Origin: an uncultured Elusimicrobia bacterium
Lineage (GTDB): Bacteria; Elusimicrobiota; Elusimicrobia; 2-01-FULL-59-12
Reading direction: 5' to 3'
Assembly (NCBI GenBank): GCA_963702895.1
Contig: OY969767.1
Span: 1,632,001 to 1,696,000, forward strand
Length of the DNA: 64,000 nucleotides
Shown here: positions 1 through 12,928 of the stretch, piece after piece
Position numbering within the stretch: the first letter of the stretch is position 1
How the letters are laid out: every line of letters begins with the position of its first letter
Translations under genes and position numbers: made by a program
The notes under the pieces: model-generated
Told to the model about the DNA's origin: nothing
The model's input: the letters and a program-made list of their open reading frames with translations, nothing else
Databases searched by the model: none

Positions 1-2644
1 CCATGAGTTTCGCGGCAATCTTCGCGAGGGGCACGCCGGTGGCTTTCGAAACAAAGGGGACCGTACGGCTGGCGCGGGGATTGGCTTCCAGAATATAGAT
101 GATGCCCTCGCGGATCGCGAATTGGATATTCATAAGACCCTTCACACCCAGCCCCTTGGCTAACTGCTCGGTGTACGTTTTGATGGTGTGGAGATCTTTT
201 GCGGAAAGAGTTCGCGGGGGAAGCACGCAAGCAGAATCCCCAGAATGGATACCGGCTTCCTCAATATGCTCCATGATCCCGCCAATGTAGATGTCCTGGC
301 CGTCACAGAGGGCGTCGACATCCAGTTCCGTCGCATTGTCCAGAAACTTATCAATGAGAATCGGGTGTTCGGGTGAGACCCGTGTCGCTCGGGCGATATA
401 GTCCGCCAGCATCGCGTCGTCATAGACGACTTCCATCGCGCGACCGCCGAGGACATAGCTCGGCCGGACCATCACGGGATAGGTGATGCGCTCGGCGGTC
501 GCGCGGGCTTCTTCAAAAGAGCGCGCGGTCCCATTGGGGGCCTGAGGAATGCCCAGTTTGGTTAACAGAGCGCCAAAGCGCTTGCGATCTTCAGCCAAAT
601 CAATGGAGTCCGGGGAAGTGCCCAGGATCTGCACGCCAGCTTGTTCAAGCGGGAGGGCGAGGTTGAGCGGCGTCTGACCCCCGAATTGAACAATGACGCC
701 TTCGGGCTTTTCTTTCTGGACGATGTTCAGCACGTCTTCCAGGGTGAGGGGCTCAAAATAGAGTTTATCGGAGGTGTCATAATCCGTCGAAACCGTCTCG
801 GGATTACAATTGATCATCAGGGTCTCATACCCATCCTCTTTAAGCGCCATGACGGCATGGACGCAGCAGTAGTCAAACTCAATGCCTTGCCCGATGCGGT
901 TGGGGCCGCCGCCGAGGATGATGGCCTTCTTTTGAGCGCTCGGGACGACCTCATCTTCTTCCTCATAGGTCGAATAGAAATAGGGCGTGTAAGCCTGGAA
1001 CTCCGCCGCGCAGGTGTCCACCGACTTATAGGTTGGAAGGATCTTTTCGCTCATGCGCCAGGAGCGAACGTCTTTCTCGCTCACACCGCGCAGGACCGCG
1101 ATCTGAACATCGGAGAATCCGTGGCGCTTGGCTTCAAGAAGCAGCTCACGCGGCAGCGGGTTCTTGGGCGCGGCGGCAATCGCTTTTTCACAAGAGAGAA
1201 TGTCCTCGATCTGATGGATAAACCAGGGATCGATCCCGGACCACTCGGTGATTTGTGGGGCGGTAACACCTGCCTTCAAGGCGGCGCGAAGATAGAAGAT
1301 GCGGTCACAATTGGGGACCCGGATGCGGTCATGCAAAAGGTTCATCCACTGTCCGTGTTCGATGTTTGCGGCCCCTTCCGAGCTCGACAGTTCCTCTCCC
1401 GGGCTCTTTCGATCGGCCCCTAATCCTTGCGATCCGACCTCAAGGCCTCGAAGCGCTTTCTGCAGGGCCTCCTTGAAGGTTCGGCCCAGCGCCATGACCT
1501 CGCCGACGGATTTCATCGCGGTATTTAACGTTTGATCGGCCGCTGTAAATTTCTCAAAGGCAAAGCGCGGAATCTTGACCACCGTGTAATCGATCGTGGG
1601 CTCAAAAGAGGCGGGTGTTTTCTTTGTGATGTCATTGGGGAGCTCGTCCAACCGGTAGCCCACCGCGAGCAGCGCCGCGATCTTGGCGATCGGATAGCCT
1701 GTCGCTTTGGAAGCGAGCGCCGAGCTGCGAGACACGCGCGGGTTCATCTCGATGACCACACGCTCACCCGTCGCGGGATCGACGGCAAACTGGATGTTGG
1801 ACCCACCCGTGTCCACACCGATCGCCCGGATGCAGGTAAAGGCGTCATCACGCATCGCCTGGTACTCGAGATCCGTCAGAGTCTGAATGGGCGCTACCGT
1901 AATGGAGTCTCCCGTATGCACGCCCATCGGGTCAAAGTTTTCGATCGAGCAGATAATGACGCAGTTATCACGGCAGTCGCGCATCACTTCCAGCTCATAC
2001 TCTTTCCAGCCCAGCACGGACTGCTCCATGAGCACCTCACCCACGGGACTTGCTTCGAGACCCCGTTGGAGGGCCTCCAACAATTCGTCCTTGGTATAAA
2101 CCGTCCCCGAACCAATGCCCCCCAGCGTGAAGGATGGGCGGATGATGATCGGAAAACCAATATTACGGGCAATCTCTTCGCCTTCGGCCAGAGACTTCGC
2201 GTAACCGCTCTTGGGGACTTTGAGTCCGACATCCTGCATGGTTTTCTTAAAGAGGAGGCGGTCTTCCGCTTTTTTGATCGCGTCGAGTTTCGCTCCGATG
2301 AGCTCGACTTTGTATTTGTCCAGGACCCCTCGCGTGGCGAGTGCCACAGCGAGATTAAGCGCCGTTTGTCCCCCCAGGGTTGGCAGCAGCGCTTCGGGTT
2401 TTTCTTTGGCAATGATTTCTTCCAGAATTTCGGGGGTGAGCGGCTCCACATAGGTTGCATCGGCGAGTTCAGGGTCCGTCATGATCGTCGCTGGGTTCGA
2501 GTTGACGAGGACAATCCGGTAGCCCTCCTTGCGAAGGGCTTTGACGGCCTGGGTTCCGGAATAGTCGAACTCACAAGCCTGGCCGATGACGATCGGGCCG
2601 GAGCCGATGATCAGGATGGTTTTGATATCAGTTCGCTTGGGCAT
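1..2644 (-). CDS. carB: Carbamoyl-phosphate synthase large subunit (runs off the left edge of the window)
   Basis: Reverse strand from ATG at 2644 reads [30 protein letters not shown]; lies directly downstream of carA; absent from the ORF track because it is truncated. Confidence 0.97.
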   Translation of the reverse strand, partial: MPKRTDIKTILIIGSGPIVIGQACEFDYSGTQAVKALRKEGYRIVLVNSNPATIMTDPELADATYVEPLTPEILEEIIAKEKPEALLPTLGGQTALNLAVALATRGVLDKYKVELIGAKLDAIKKAEDRLLFKKTMQDVGLKVPKSGYAKSLAEGEEIARNIGFPIIIRPSFTLGGIGSGTVYTKDELLEALQRGLEASPVGEVLMEQSVLGWKEYELEVMRDCRDNCVIICSIENFDPMGVHTGDSITVAPIQTLTDLEYQAMRDDAFTCIRAIGVDTGGSNIQFAVDPATGERVVIEMNPRVSRSSALASKATGYPIAKIAALLAVGYRLDELPNDITKKTPASFEPTIDYTVVKIPRFAFEKFTAADQTLNTAMKSVGEVMALGRTFKEALQKALRGLEVGSQGLGADRKSPGEELSSSEGAANIEHGQWMNLLHDRIRVPNCDRIFYLRAALKAGVTAPQITEWSGIDPWFIHQIEDILSCEKAIAAAPKNPLPRELLLEAKRHGFSDVQIAVLRGVSEKDVRSWRMSEKILPTYKSVDTCAAEFQAYTPYFYSTYEEEDEVVPSAQKKAIILGGGPNRIGQGIEFDYCCVHAVMALKEDGYETLMINCNPETVSTDYDTSDKLYFEPLTLEDVLNIVQKEKPEGVIVQFGGQTPLNLALPLEQAGVQILGTSPDSIDLAEDRKRFGALLTKLGIPQAPNGTARSFEEARATAERITYPVMVRPSYVLGGRAMEVVYDDAMLADYIARATRVSPEHPILIDKFLDNATELDVDALCDGQDIYIGGIMEHIEEAGIHSGDSACVLPPRTLSAKDLHTIKTYTEQLAKGLGVKGLMNIQFAIREGIIYILEANPRASRTVPFVSKATGVPLAKIAAKLM

Positions 2645-2654
2645 ACCTTTTAGC

Positions 2655-2763
2655 TGTCACCCCGGCGGAAGCCGGCCCTCCACACACCCGGCGGGCCGGG
2701 TCGCCGGACTTGTGGAGACCCGGGGTCTATCATGATAGATTCCGGCTTTCGCCGGAATGACGA
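2655..2763. repeat. RPE-like palindrome (GTCAC-CCCGGC...GCCGG-AATGAC) carrying a nested twin-hairpin insert at 2675-2722
   Basis: One arm and the core (ggggtctatcatgat) match the reverse complement of the copy at 53935-54000; the extra 48 nt are two hairpins plus a CG duplication. Confidence 0.85.
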
Positions 2764-2766
2764 AAT

Positions 2767-5989
<3,223 letters not shown>

Positions 5990-6138
5990 AGGTTTTCAGG
6001 ATAACTCGGGCGCAGAAAAACCAGCTCGACCAGAGCTGGTTAATGACGTCATGGATATTCTAGAAAAGGAGCCTCAGGAAGGCAACTAAATAAGGGAAGT
6101 GGGGAGAGATCTCAGGTGCGGCTTGGGCAAAAGGAAGC

Positions 6139-6525
6139 TCAGCCGTTCACCTTGACTTCGATCACCTTGGCTTTCTCCGAGGCCATGAGACAGGAGCCTT
6201 CAAAGATAGCGCCTTCGGCGATCAAAAGCTGCGGCGCATGCAGATCACCAAAGACCTGCGATTTGGAGAGAAGTTCAAGAGATTCTGTGGCATGGATATT
6301 ACCGGTCACTTTGCCGCCTATGACGACCGTGCGGGCCGAGATATCGCCCTGGACTTCACCGCGTTCTCCCAGGATCACCCCTTCGGCGGAAATGCCACCT
6401 TCCACCTTGCCATCAATACGGATGGACCCTTTGGAGCGCAGGGTCCCCTGGAAAGAGGATTCTGTTCCGATCATGGATTCTAATTGGTTGTCAACCTTGT
6501 CCTGGCCGCTCTTTGTTCTAAACAT
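6139..6525 (-). CDS. Bactofilin (polymer-forming cytoskeletal protein)
   Basis: IGTESSFQGTL...IRIDGKVEG...IAEGAIFEG beta-helix repeats; follows an M23 peptidase gene, a common pairing. Confidence 0.92.
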   Translation of the reverse strand: MFRTKSGQDKVDNQLESMIGTESSFQGTLRSKGSIRIDGKVEGGISAEGVILGERGEVQGDISARTVVIGGKVTGNIHATESLELLSKSQVFGDLHAPQLLIAEGAIFEGSCLMASEKAKVIEVKVNG

Positions 6526-6530
6526 GACGA

Positions 6531-7466
6531 TTATTCCCCCTGCGCCTTGACGAATTTGATCGGATTGACGGCGCGACCGTTGTGCCAAACTTCATAATGC
6601 AAATGATAGCCGGTGCTGTGTCCGGAAGTGCCCATCAAAGCGATCACATCGCCACGTTTGACTCGGTCGCCGGGCCGGACCAAGATTTTGGACGTGTGCG
6701 CGTAGTAGGTTTTGTAGCCGCGACCATGATCGATGACCACCATCCGCCCATACCCGCCCTGCCATGAGGCGATGAGCACCGAACCATCTGCCGTGGCTTT
6801 GATCGGGGTCCCCAAGGCGCTGGCAATATCAAGCCCGCGGTGGTACTCCCCATCCGCCTGCTCGAACGGATCACGACGATGGCCATACCCGGAAGTGTAA
6901 TGGCCGGACGCCGGAAGTCCCATGGGCGTGGCTCTGAAAAGGGCCCGCTGATCCTTGATGTAATCGGCGATTTCGGTGTAATTTGAAATCAGATCCGAGC
7001 CCGACTGCTTCACTTCGGCGAGCTGGCTGTGCATATCTTCCATCCGAAGCTCAGGCCGGCGCCCTGTCATCATGCCCAAGAGCGCACGATTGTCCGTCGG
7101 TGTCGGCCCTCCCATCGCATGGTCCGTCTCGACAATCGCTTTACGCGACTTCATCTGCAAGAGACGCTGGAGGGCAATTTCCGTTTCTTTCACGCGGTCC
7201 AGGTACTCACGTGATTTTTTCATCTCCTGAGTGAAGTACCACATCTTGGCGCGCAGGACACTTTCGTTGGTTCGCGCTCTCCAGTAGTCCACATGCCGAC
7301 TGACAATAAAACCGGACCAGACCGTGAGGCCTGTCCAGCCCACGGCAAGAGAGACAAGGAATGCCACTGAAAAATTAAGCCGCACAGGACGAGATTCGCT
7401 GTGCGGGATGAGCATCACCGTCAAACGACGCCCTAAACTTTTCTTGAGTTTTGGTGAGAATTCCAT
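6531..7466 (-). CDS. M23 family peptidase
   Basis: HRGLD, YAH and STGYHLHYEV motifs; N-terminal TM segment and coiled coil; start trimmed to MEFSPK. Confidence 0.92.
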   Translation of the reverse strand: MEFSPKLKKSLGRRLTVMLIPHSESRPVRLNFSVAFLVSLAVGWTGLTVWSGFIVSRHVDYWRARTNESVLRAKMWYFTQEMKKSREYLDRVKETEIALQRLLQMKSRKAIVETDHAMGGPTPTDNRALLGMMTGRRPELRMEDMHSQLAEVKQSGSDLISNYTEIADYIKDQRALFRATPMGLPASGHYTSGYGHRRDPFEQADGEYHRGLDIASALGTPIKATADGSVLIASWQGGYGRMVVIDHGRGYKTYYAHTSKILVRPGDRVKRGDVIALMGTSGHSTGYHLHYEVWHNGRAVNPIKFVKAQGE

Positions 7467-7490
7467 GTAATTTTTGTCAAACCCGTTACA

Positions 7491-7519
7491 TATATACCAA
7501 CGCCCCAGTCGAGTGTCAA
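7491..7519 (-). promoter_or_regulatory. Sigma70-like promoter for the M23/bactofilin operon
   Basis: TTGACA-17 nt-TATATA preceded by TGG on the minus strand. Confidence 0.5.
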
Positions 7520-7656
7520 GGGGAAAAAACTCATTTAAAAATTGATTCAAAAGGCCCTTTTTGATTGAATGGCTACCCACCTTCGGCACGGCTCGCCCGA
7601 ATGGCGAGCCGCTTTGCCGATGGCCATCGCAACCATAACAAGAAAGGAAGGCGAAG

Positions 7657-10452
7657 GTGGAACTGAACAAAGTCTATAACCCTGAAACCACAGAAGCCGA
7701 TTGGTATGAGGGCTGGGGGAAAAAGGGCTATTTTAAGCCCCATCATCAGGCCAAACCCGCCTACGCCATCGTCATCCCCCCCCCTAACGTCACCGGGAGC
7801 CTCCACATGGGGCATGCACTCAACAATACCCTTCAGGACATCCTCATCCGCTGGCAAAGAATGCTCGGCCACAAGACCCTCTGGGTACCGGGGACCGATC
7901 ATGGCGGGATCGCTACTCAAAATGTGGTTGAAAAATTGATGCGTTCTGAAAAGAAGACCCGTCACGATCTGGGGCGAGAGGAGTTCCTCGAGCGCATGTG
8001 GGAATGGCGCAAAGACACAGGGGACACGATCCTGATGCAGCTGAGGCGCTTGGGGGCCAGCTGTGACTGGTCGCGGACCCGATTCACCATGGATGAACAG
8101 TGCTCTAAGGCTGTACGGCATGCTTTCGTCCAACTCTTTAAGGAGGGCCTTATTTATCGGGGACCCCGTATGGTGAACTGGTGCCCTCGCTGCCATACAG
8201 CCCTCGCAGATATTGAAGTAGAGCATGAAGAACGGGCCGGCAAGCTGTGGTACATCCGCTATCTTCTCACTGACGTCCGACGTGCGACGTCCGACGTCGG
8301 ACCTCGGACGTCGGACGGCCACTATGTGGTCGTTGCAACGACACGCCCCGAAACCATGCTCGGGGACACCGCCGTCGCCGTCAATCCGAAGGATGAACGC
8401 TACAAACCCTATAGAGGTAAGAAGGTCCTTCTGCCGCTCATGGGCCGGGAAATCCCTGTGATTGCCGATGAAGCGGTGATGTCCGCGTTCGGAACCGGTG
8501 CCGTCAAAGTGACGCCAGCGCATGACCCCACCGACTTTGAGATTGGAGAAAGGCACAAGCTCCCCCACGAGGTCGTCATCGGTTTCGATGGCAAGATGAC
8601 CCATCGCGCGGGCCCCTACGCCGGGCTCGACCGCCTGGAAGCGCGAAAGCGCATCGTGGCCGATCTGGAAGCACAGGGGCTCCTGGAAAAGACAGAGGAC
8701 TACACGCTTTCTGCCGCGGAATGCTACCGTTGCCAAACCACGATTGAACCCCTGGTCTCGGAACAATGGTTCATCAGAATGAAATCGCTCGCTGCGCCAG
8801 CCGCGAGCGCCACGCGCGATGGCCGCGTGAAGATATATCCGTCCTCTTGGGAAAAACCTTATATCGATTGGCTCGACGCTATACGGGACTGGTGCATCTC
8901 ACGGCAGATCTGGTGGGGACACCGCATTCCCATCTGGTATTGCCCGTCCAACGTCCGACGTGCGACGCCCGGACAAGCACTCAGCAGCTTCCAGGACCGA
9001 CAGTCCCGGCCCCCAAAGGGCGCCGTGATGTCGGACGTCGGACGTCGGACCTCGGACGATTCTTGTCCCCCCATCGCCGCCACCGAGAAGCCCGAAAAGT
9101 GCCCCTCCTGCGGATCCCAAGACCTGACCCAGGACGAGGATGTCCTGGACACATGGTTTTCGTCGGCTTTATGGCCGCTCTCTGTTTTCGGTTGGCCGGA
9201 AGAATCAACGGATCTCGACGTGTTTTACCCCACTTCGGTGCTGGTGACAGGGCACGAAATCCTGTATCTGTGGGTCGCACGCATGGTGATGATGGGCCTC
9301 CATTTTAAGAAGGACGTCCCTTTCCGTCATGTCTATATCCACGGGATCGTCCGCGATAAACAAGGAAAGAAAATGTCCAAATCCCTCGGCAATGTCATTG
9401 ACCCGCTCGAAAAGATGAAACAGTTCGGCACCGATGCCCTGCGGTTTTCCCTCGCGGAGTCCAGTATCCCTGGCCGGGACCTGCACCTTTCCGATGATTC
9501 TTTTCTCAAAGCCAGGAATTTCGCGAACAAACTCTGGAACGCCAGCCGCTTTGTCCTGATGAACCTGGAAGGGTATACCCCTCAACCCCTGCCCGCGCCG
9601 GGGCATCTCGGGCTCGCCGACCGCTGGATTCTTCATGAACTGCAGCGCACCATCGAAACGGTCTCGCGGGCTCTGGCCGCCTACAACCCCGCGGAAGCTT
9701 CCAGAGCTCTCTATGAGTTTATCTGGGGCACGCTTTGCGACTGGTATCTGGAGATCTCCAAGGTCGCTCTGATGGGACAGGACGGCACGGCGCGAAAGAT
9801 TAAACAGACCCTTCTGACCCATCTCTTGGACCAGGCCTTGGCACTTCTACACCCCGTCATGCCCTATGAGACGGAAGCGCTCTACCAAGCGCTCAAAGGT
9901 CATCTGGTCTCACCCGTGGAGAGCATCATGGTGCATGCGTGGCCGTCCCTGCAGAAAGAGCGGCTCGACCCGTCCTCGTATGAGAAAATGAAGCTCGTCC
10001 AGGACGTGGTGACGTCGATACGCACGCTCAGAAGCGAGTCTGTGATCCCCCCCGGAGCGCGTTTGAGCGCTTACCTGGGCAACCTGGATTCCAAGGCGAA
10101 GGAGATCCTCACGGATCCTGATGTGCAAGCGTTTATTATCTCGCTAGCCAGGCTTGAAAAGCTTGACCTGGACACGGGGGCCAAACCCAAGGAATACCTT
10201 TTCTCCGTCTTTGGCGGCGGCGAGGTGTTTGTCGCAGCGCATGGCCTCCTCGACAAAGAAAAGGAAAAAGCGAGGCTCATCAAAAATAGGCAGCAGCTCG
10301 AGCAGATGCTTCGGCGCGGCAAGGCCGCCCTGGAGAACAAGGATTTTCTGGAGCGGGCCCCCAAAGAGGAGGTCGACAACCGCCGGCAGACTTTGCTTCA
10401 GACGCAGAAGAAAATAGAATGGTTGAACAGGAACCTGGAGGGCTTATCCTAA
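7657..10452 (+). CDS. valS: Valyl-tRNA synthetase with two in-frame heptamer-palindrome insertions
   Basis: PPPNVTGSLHMGH, DWCISRQIWWGH and KMSKS motifs; C-terminal coiled coil. Confidence 0.98.
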   Translation: MELNKVYNPETTEADWYEGWGKKGYFKPHHQAKPAYAIVIPPPNVTGSLHMGHALNNTLQDILIRWQRMLGHKTLWVPGTDHGGIATQNVVEKLMRSEKKTRHDLGREEFLERMWEWRKDTGDTILMQLRRLGASCDWSRTRFTMDEQCSKAVRHAFVQLFKEGLIYRGPRMVNWCPRCHTALADIEVEHEERAGKLWYIRYLLTDVRRATSDVGPRTSDGHYVVVATTRPETMLGDTAVAVNPKDERYKPYRGKKVLLPLMGREIPVIADEAVMSAFGTGAVKVTPAHDPTDFEIGERHKLPHEVVIGFDGKMTHRAGPYAGLDRLEARKRIVADLEAQGLLEKTEDYTLSAAECYRCQTTIEPLVSEQWFIRMKSLAAPAASATRDGRVKIYPSSWEKPYIDWLDAIRDWCISRQIWWGHRIPIWYCPSNVRRATPGQALSSFQDRQSRPPKGAVMSDVGRRTSDDSCPPIAATEKPEKCPSCGSQDLTQDEDVLDTWFSSALWPLSVFGWPEESTDLDVFYPTSVLVTGHEILYLWVARMVMMGLHFKKDVPFRHVYIHGIVRDKQGKKMSKSLGNVIDPLEKMKQFGTDALRFSLAESSIPGRDLHLSDDSFLKARNFANKLWNASRFVLMNLEGYTPQPLPAPGHLGLADRWILHELQRTIETVSRALAAYNPAEASRALYEFIWGTLCDWYLEISKVALMGQDGTARKIKQTLLTHLLDQALALLHPVMPYETEALYQALKGHLVSPVESIMVHAWPSLQKERLDPSSYEKMKLVQDVVTSIRTLRSESVIPPGARLSAYLGNLDSKAKEILTDPDVQAFIISLARLEKLDLDTGAKPKEYLFSVFGGGEVFVAAHGLLDKEKEKARLIKNRQQLEQMLRRGKAALENKDFLERAPKEEVDNRRQTLLQTQKKIEWLNRNLEGLS
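8272..8317. repeat. Heptamer palindrome (CGTCCGA)n/(TCGGACG)n in frame in valS
   Basis: gacgtcc gacgtgc gacgtcc gacgtc ggacctc ggacgtc ggacg; encodes [15 protein letters not shown]. Confidence 0.9.
8945..9058. repeat. Heptamer inverted arms with a ~55-nt spacer, in frame in valS
   Basis: cgtccaacgtccgacgtgcgacg ... gatgtcggacgtcggacgtcggacctcggacg. Confidence 0.88.
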
Positions 10453-11148
10453 GTGAATCGTTTACGACCCATCAAGATATCACGACGCTACTTGAAGTAT
10501 CCCGAAGGTTCCTGCCTCATCCAGATGGGCCATACGAAAGTGCTTTGCACGGCGAGCATCTCCCGAGACCTCCCCGATCACGCCAAGGCACAAAACAAAG
10601 GCTGGCTGAGCGCGGAGTATTCCATGCTGCCGCGCGCGACCGCGGAACGCACCGCGCGCGGCAAGATCGCCTCGGGCGGCCGCGCCAAGGAAATCTCCCG
10701 ATTGATCGGTCGTTCCCTGCGGGCCGTGATGGATTTGAGTGTCATCCCGGACCTCGGCATTCTCATTGACTGTGATGTCATCCAAGCCGATGGCGGCACT
10801 CGAACAGCCGCCATCAATGGGGGTTTCATCGCCGTCGTGGAGGCGCTCCGGCACTGGCGCAAAGAAAACAAAGCCATGCAATGGCCCATTCGCGACGCGG
10901 TGGGGGCCGTGAGCGTCGGCCTCATCGAAGGCCAGTGTGTCCTGGATCTGGATTATGAAAAGGACGTCCGCGCCGATGTCGACTTGAATGTCGTCATGAC
11001 GGGCTCCGGTCATTACGTGGAAATCCAAGGGAGCGCCGAACATAAGCCCTTTGATCAAAACGACCTCCAGAGGATGCTCGCGCTCGCCAAGACAGGCATC
11101 CGAACGATTCTCGCGCTTCAGCAGAAGGCCCTGGGAAGACTCTCGTGA
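10453..11148 (+). CDS. rph: Ribonuclease PH
   Basis: AEYSMLPRAT, EISRLIGRSLRA, DCDVIQADGGTRTA. Confidence 0.97.
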   Translation: MNRLRPIKISRRYLKYPEGSCLIQMGHTKVLCTASISRDLPDHAKAQNKGWLSAEYSMLPRATAERTARGKIASGGRAKEISRLIGRSLRAVMDLSVIPDLGILIDCDVIQADGGTRTAAINGGFIAVVEALRHWRKENKAMQWPIRDAVGAVSVGLIEGQCVLDLDYEKDVRADVDLNVVMTGSGHYVEIQGSAEHKPFDQNDLQRMLALAKTGIRTILALQQKALGRLS

Positions 11149-11822
11149 TGAGCGATCTCCCCCCCTTCGACCCCTTCCGCGTGGTCCTCGCCACGCGCAA
11201 CCCGCACAAAATCAAAGAGATCATGGCCATCTTTCATGACACCCCGATTGAATTTTTGACCCTCGACCACTTTCCGGCGGCCCCGGAAGTGGTGGAGGAT
11301 GGACAATCTCTCGAAGAAAATGCCCGAAAGAAGGCCTATGAAGTCGCGAAGTTCACCAAGCACATCGCGCTCGCCGATGATTCGGGACTGGAAGTCAACT
11401 TTCTCGATGGGATGCCAGGCGTCTTTTCCGCTCGCTTTGCGGGCCCCAACTGCAGCTTTGCCGACAACAACAACAAGCTCCTCAAGCTCATGCGGGGCGT
11501 TCCCACGGAGCACCGCCGCGCGCGCTTTCGCTGCATGATCGCTCTGGCTGTTCCGAAAGGAGCCACCCAGACCGTGGAAGGTATCTTGGACGGCTTCATC
11601 ACGGACCGTCCGCGTGGCGAAGAAGGCTTTGGCTATGATCCCGTGTTTCTTGTCCCCGATCAAGGAAAGACCCTTTCCGAGATGGGCCCGACTCTTAAAA
11701 ACAGCCTGAGCCACCGTTATAAGGCCCTGCAGGCCATGCGCCCGATCCTGCTCAAACTCCGCGAGAACATCCTCTCCTACAAAGACAAGCCGCTGCCTGG
11801 CACCCCGACTGAAATCATCTAG
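11145..11822 (+). CDS. rdgB: dITP/XTP pyrophosphatase (Ham1 family)
   Basis: LATRNPHK, ADDSGLEV, GFGYDPVF, SHR; adjacent to rph. Confidence 0.95.
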   Translation: MMSDLPPFDPFRVVLATRNPHKIKEIMAIFHDTPIEFLTLDHFPAAPEVVEDGQSLEENARKKAYEVAKFTKHIALADDSGLEVNFLDGMPGVFSARFAGPNCSFADNNNKLLKLMRGVPTEHRRARFRCMIALAVPKGATQTVEGILDGFITDRPRGEEGFGYDPVFLVPDQGKTLSEMGPTLKNSLSHRYKALQAMRPILLKLRENILSYKDKPLPGTPTEII

Positions 11823-12023
11823 TCGCCTGAGAACTCCCGTCGTCAGATTCAGAAATCAAACACACATTTTGAAGTCGGGGCCCGTCGGCCGAATCGGTTG
11901 ATCCGTCTATTGGTTTGGGTTTCCAGACAGGGATTTAGGATGTGAGATTGTCGCAGGTGCGAGCGGTTCTTGGGAGGGTCCTGCAAGGTCTTCAACTCTG
12001 GCCAGAAGGAGTGTCCGGGCCGA

Positions 12024-12806
12024 TTACCGTAGGCGCAGGTACATCGGTTCGCTCATGGGGCTTTCATGATTTTCTGCATCCAGGCTGGTCACAGCCAGCC
12101 AGACGTCCTGGATATCGGTCGCCGGGCTCCAGACAAAATGAGCATTCACGATTGGATTTTCTGTTTCCAAAACCGAATCCACCATCAAGTCCGTGGAGGA
12201 ACTGTACAGGCGGTACCGATAAGAAGATCCCACCGAATCCCAACTCAGTTCGACCATGGTCGGAGAATCAATACGGGCGGCCAGGTTTTCGGGTATCGGT
12301 ATCAGCTCTTCGGCGGAAACGGGTGTTTCGACCGGTCGTGCGAGGGGCGGCTCGGACACGGCTTGGGGATTGGCCACCGGTAAACGGAGGGGTCTGTTTT
12401 GTGTGGAAACCACCTGTTTTGGAACCTCCGATGGGGCGGTGAGCATCTTTTTTTGGGGGGCAGCGCGAGGGGAGGGCTCCAAGGACGCACCGGTCGGAGG
12501 CCGGCGCAGTTCGACGGAGAGCAACTTCAGTGCTAGAACCATGCCTGCGGCCACCATCATGAAGCTACCGACCCAAAACAATGCGTTCGATAGAATGGAG
12601 CGCATGTCGTCCGGTCCGGAGATGTTTTCATCCCATTGGAACGGCACAGGAGTGGCGGGAATCTTGGGTGTGAGGCGCTGGAGCCGGAGTGATTCCGAGA
12701 TCTTGATCGCCGACGGGGAAGGACGTGGAAGGACTTTTTCGGCCTCTGAGGTGACCTCAGGCAAAGTGTCAATCGGCGGTGTTTGGGTGGATGGAGCCAC
12801 GACCAT
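12024..12806 (-). CDS. Hypothetical membrane protein with Pro-rich linker and a C-terminal fibronectin-III-like domain
   Basis: TM segment ALFWVGSFMMVAAGMVLAL; PENLAA..VELSWD..YRLY..AVTSLDAENHESPMS; start uncertain. Confidence 0.6.
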   Translation of the reverse strand: MVVAPSTQTPPIDTLPEVTSEAEKVLPRPSPSAIKISESLRLQRLTPKIPATPVPFQWDENISGPDDMRSILSNALFWVGSFMMVAAGMVLALKLLSVELRRPPTGASLEPSPRAAPQKKMLTAPSEVPKQVVSTQNRPLRLPVANPQAVSEPPLARPVETPVSAEELIPIPENLAARIDSPTMVELSWDSVGSSYRYRLYSSSTDLMVDSVLETENPIVNAHFVWSPATDIQDVWLAVTSLDAENHESPMSEPMYLRLR

Positions 12807-12928
12807 GCCTCCTCAGTACGACGCGACAACACGGGTATTTTAGCTCTTTTTCAGACGATTTGATGAGGAATATTAGTGGCCGCCATGTTCCGCGGGCGAA
12901 GGGGTTCCCTAGAACCGAAGAGTCCGGG

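Noticed and set aside
641..2653. Long plus-strand ORFs (641-1423, 1532-2653) and similar antisense ORFs elsewhere (e.g. 4134-5225, 52782-54137)
   Set aside because: They are shadow frames opposite well-supported genes in GC-rich DNA.
7657..10452. Inteins or introns in valS (also considered for uvrA, nadB and dapF)
   Set aside because: The inserts are only about 15-55 aa, lack intein C/S...HN ends and intron cores, and are explained by palindromic DNA repeats.
11874..11882. gtcggggc as a tRNA-Pro 5' remnant after rdgB
   Set aside because: Too short to distinguish from chance.
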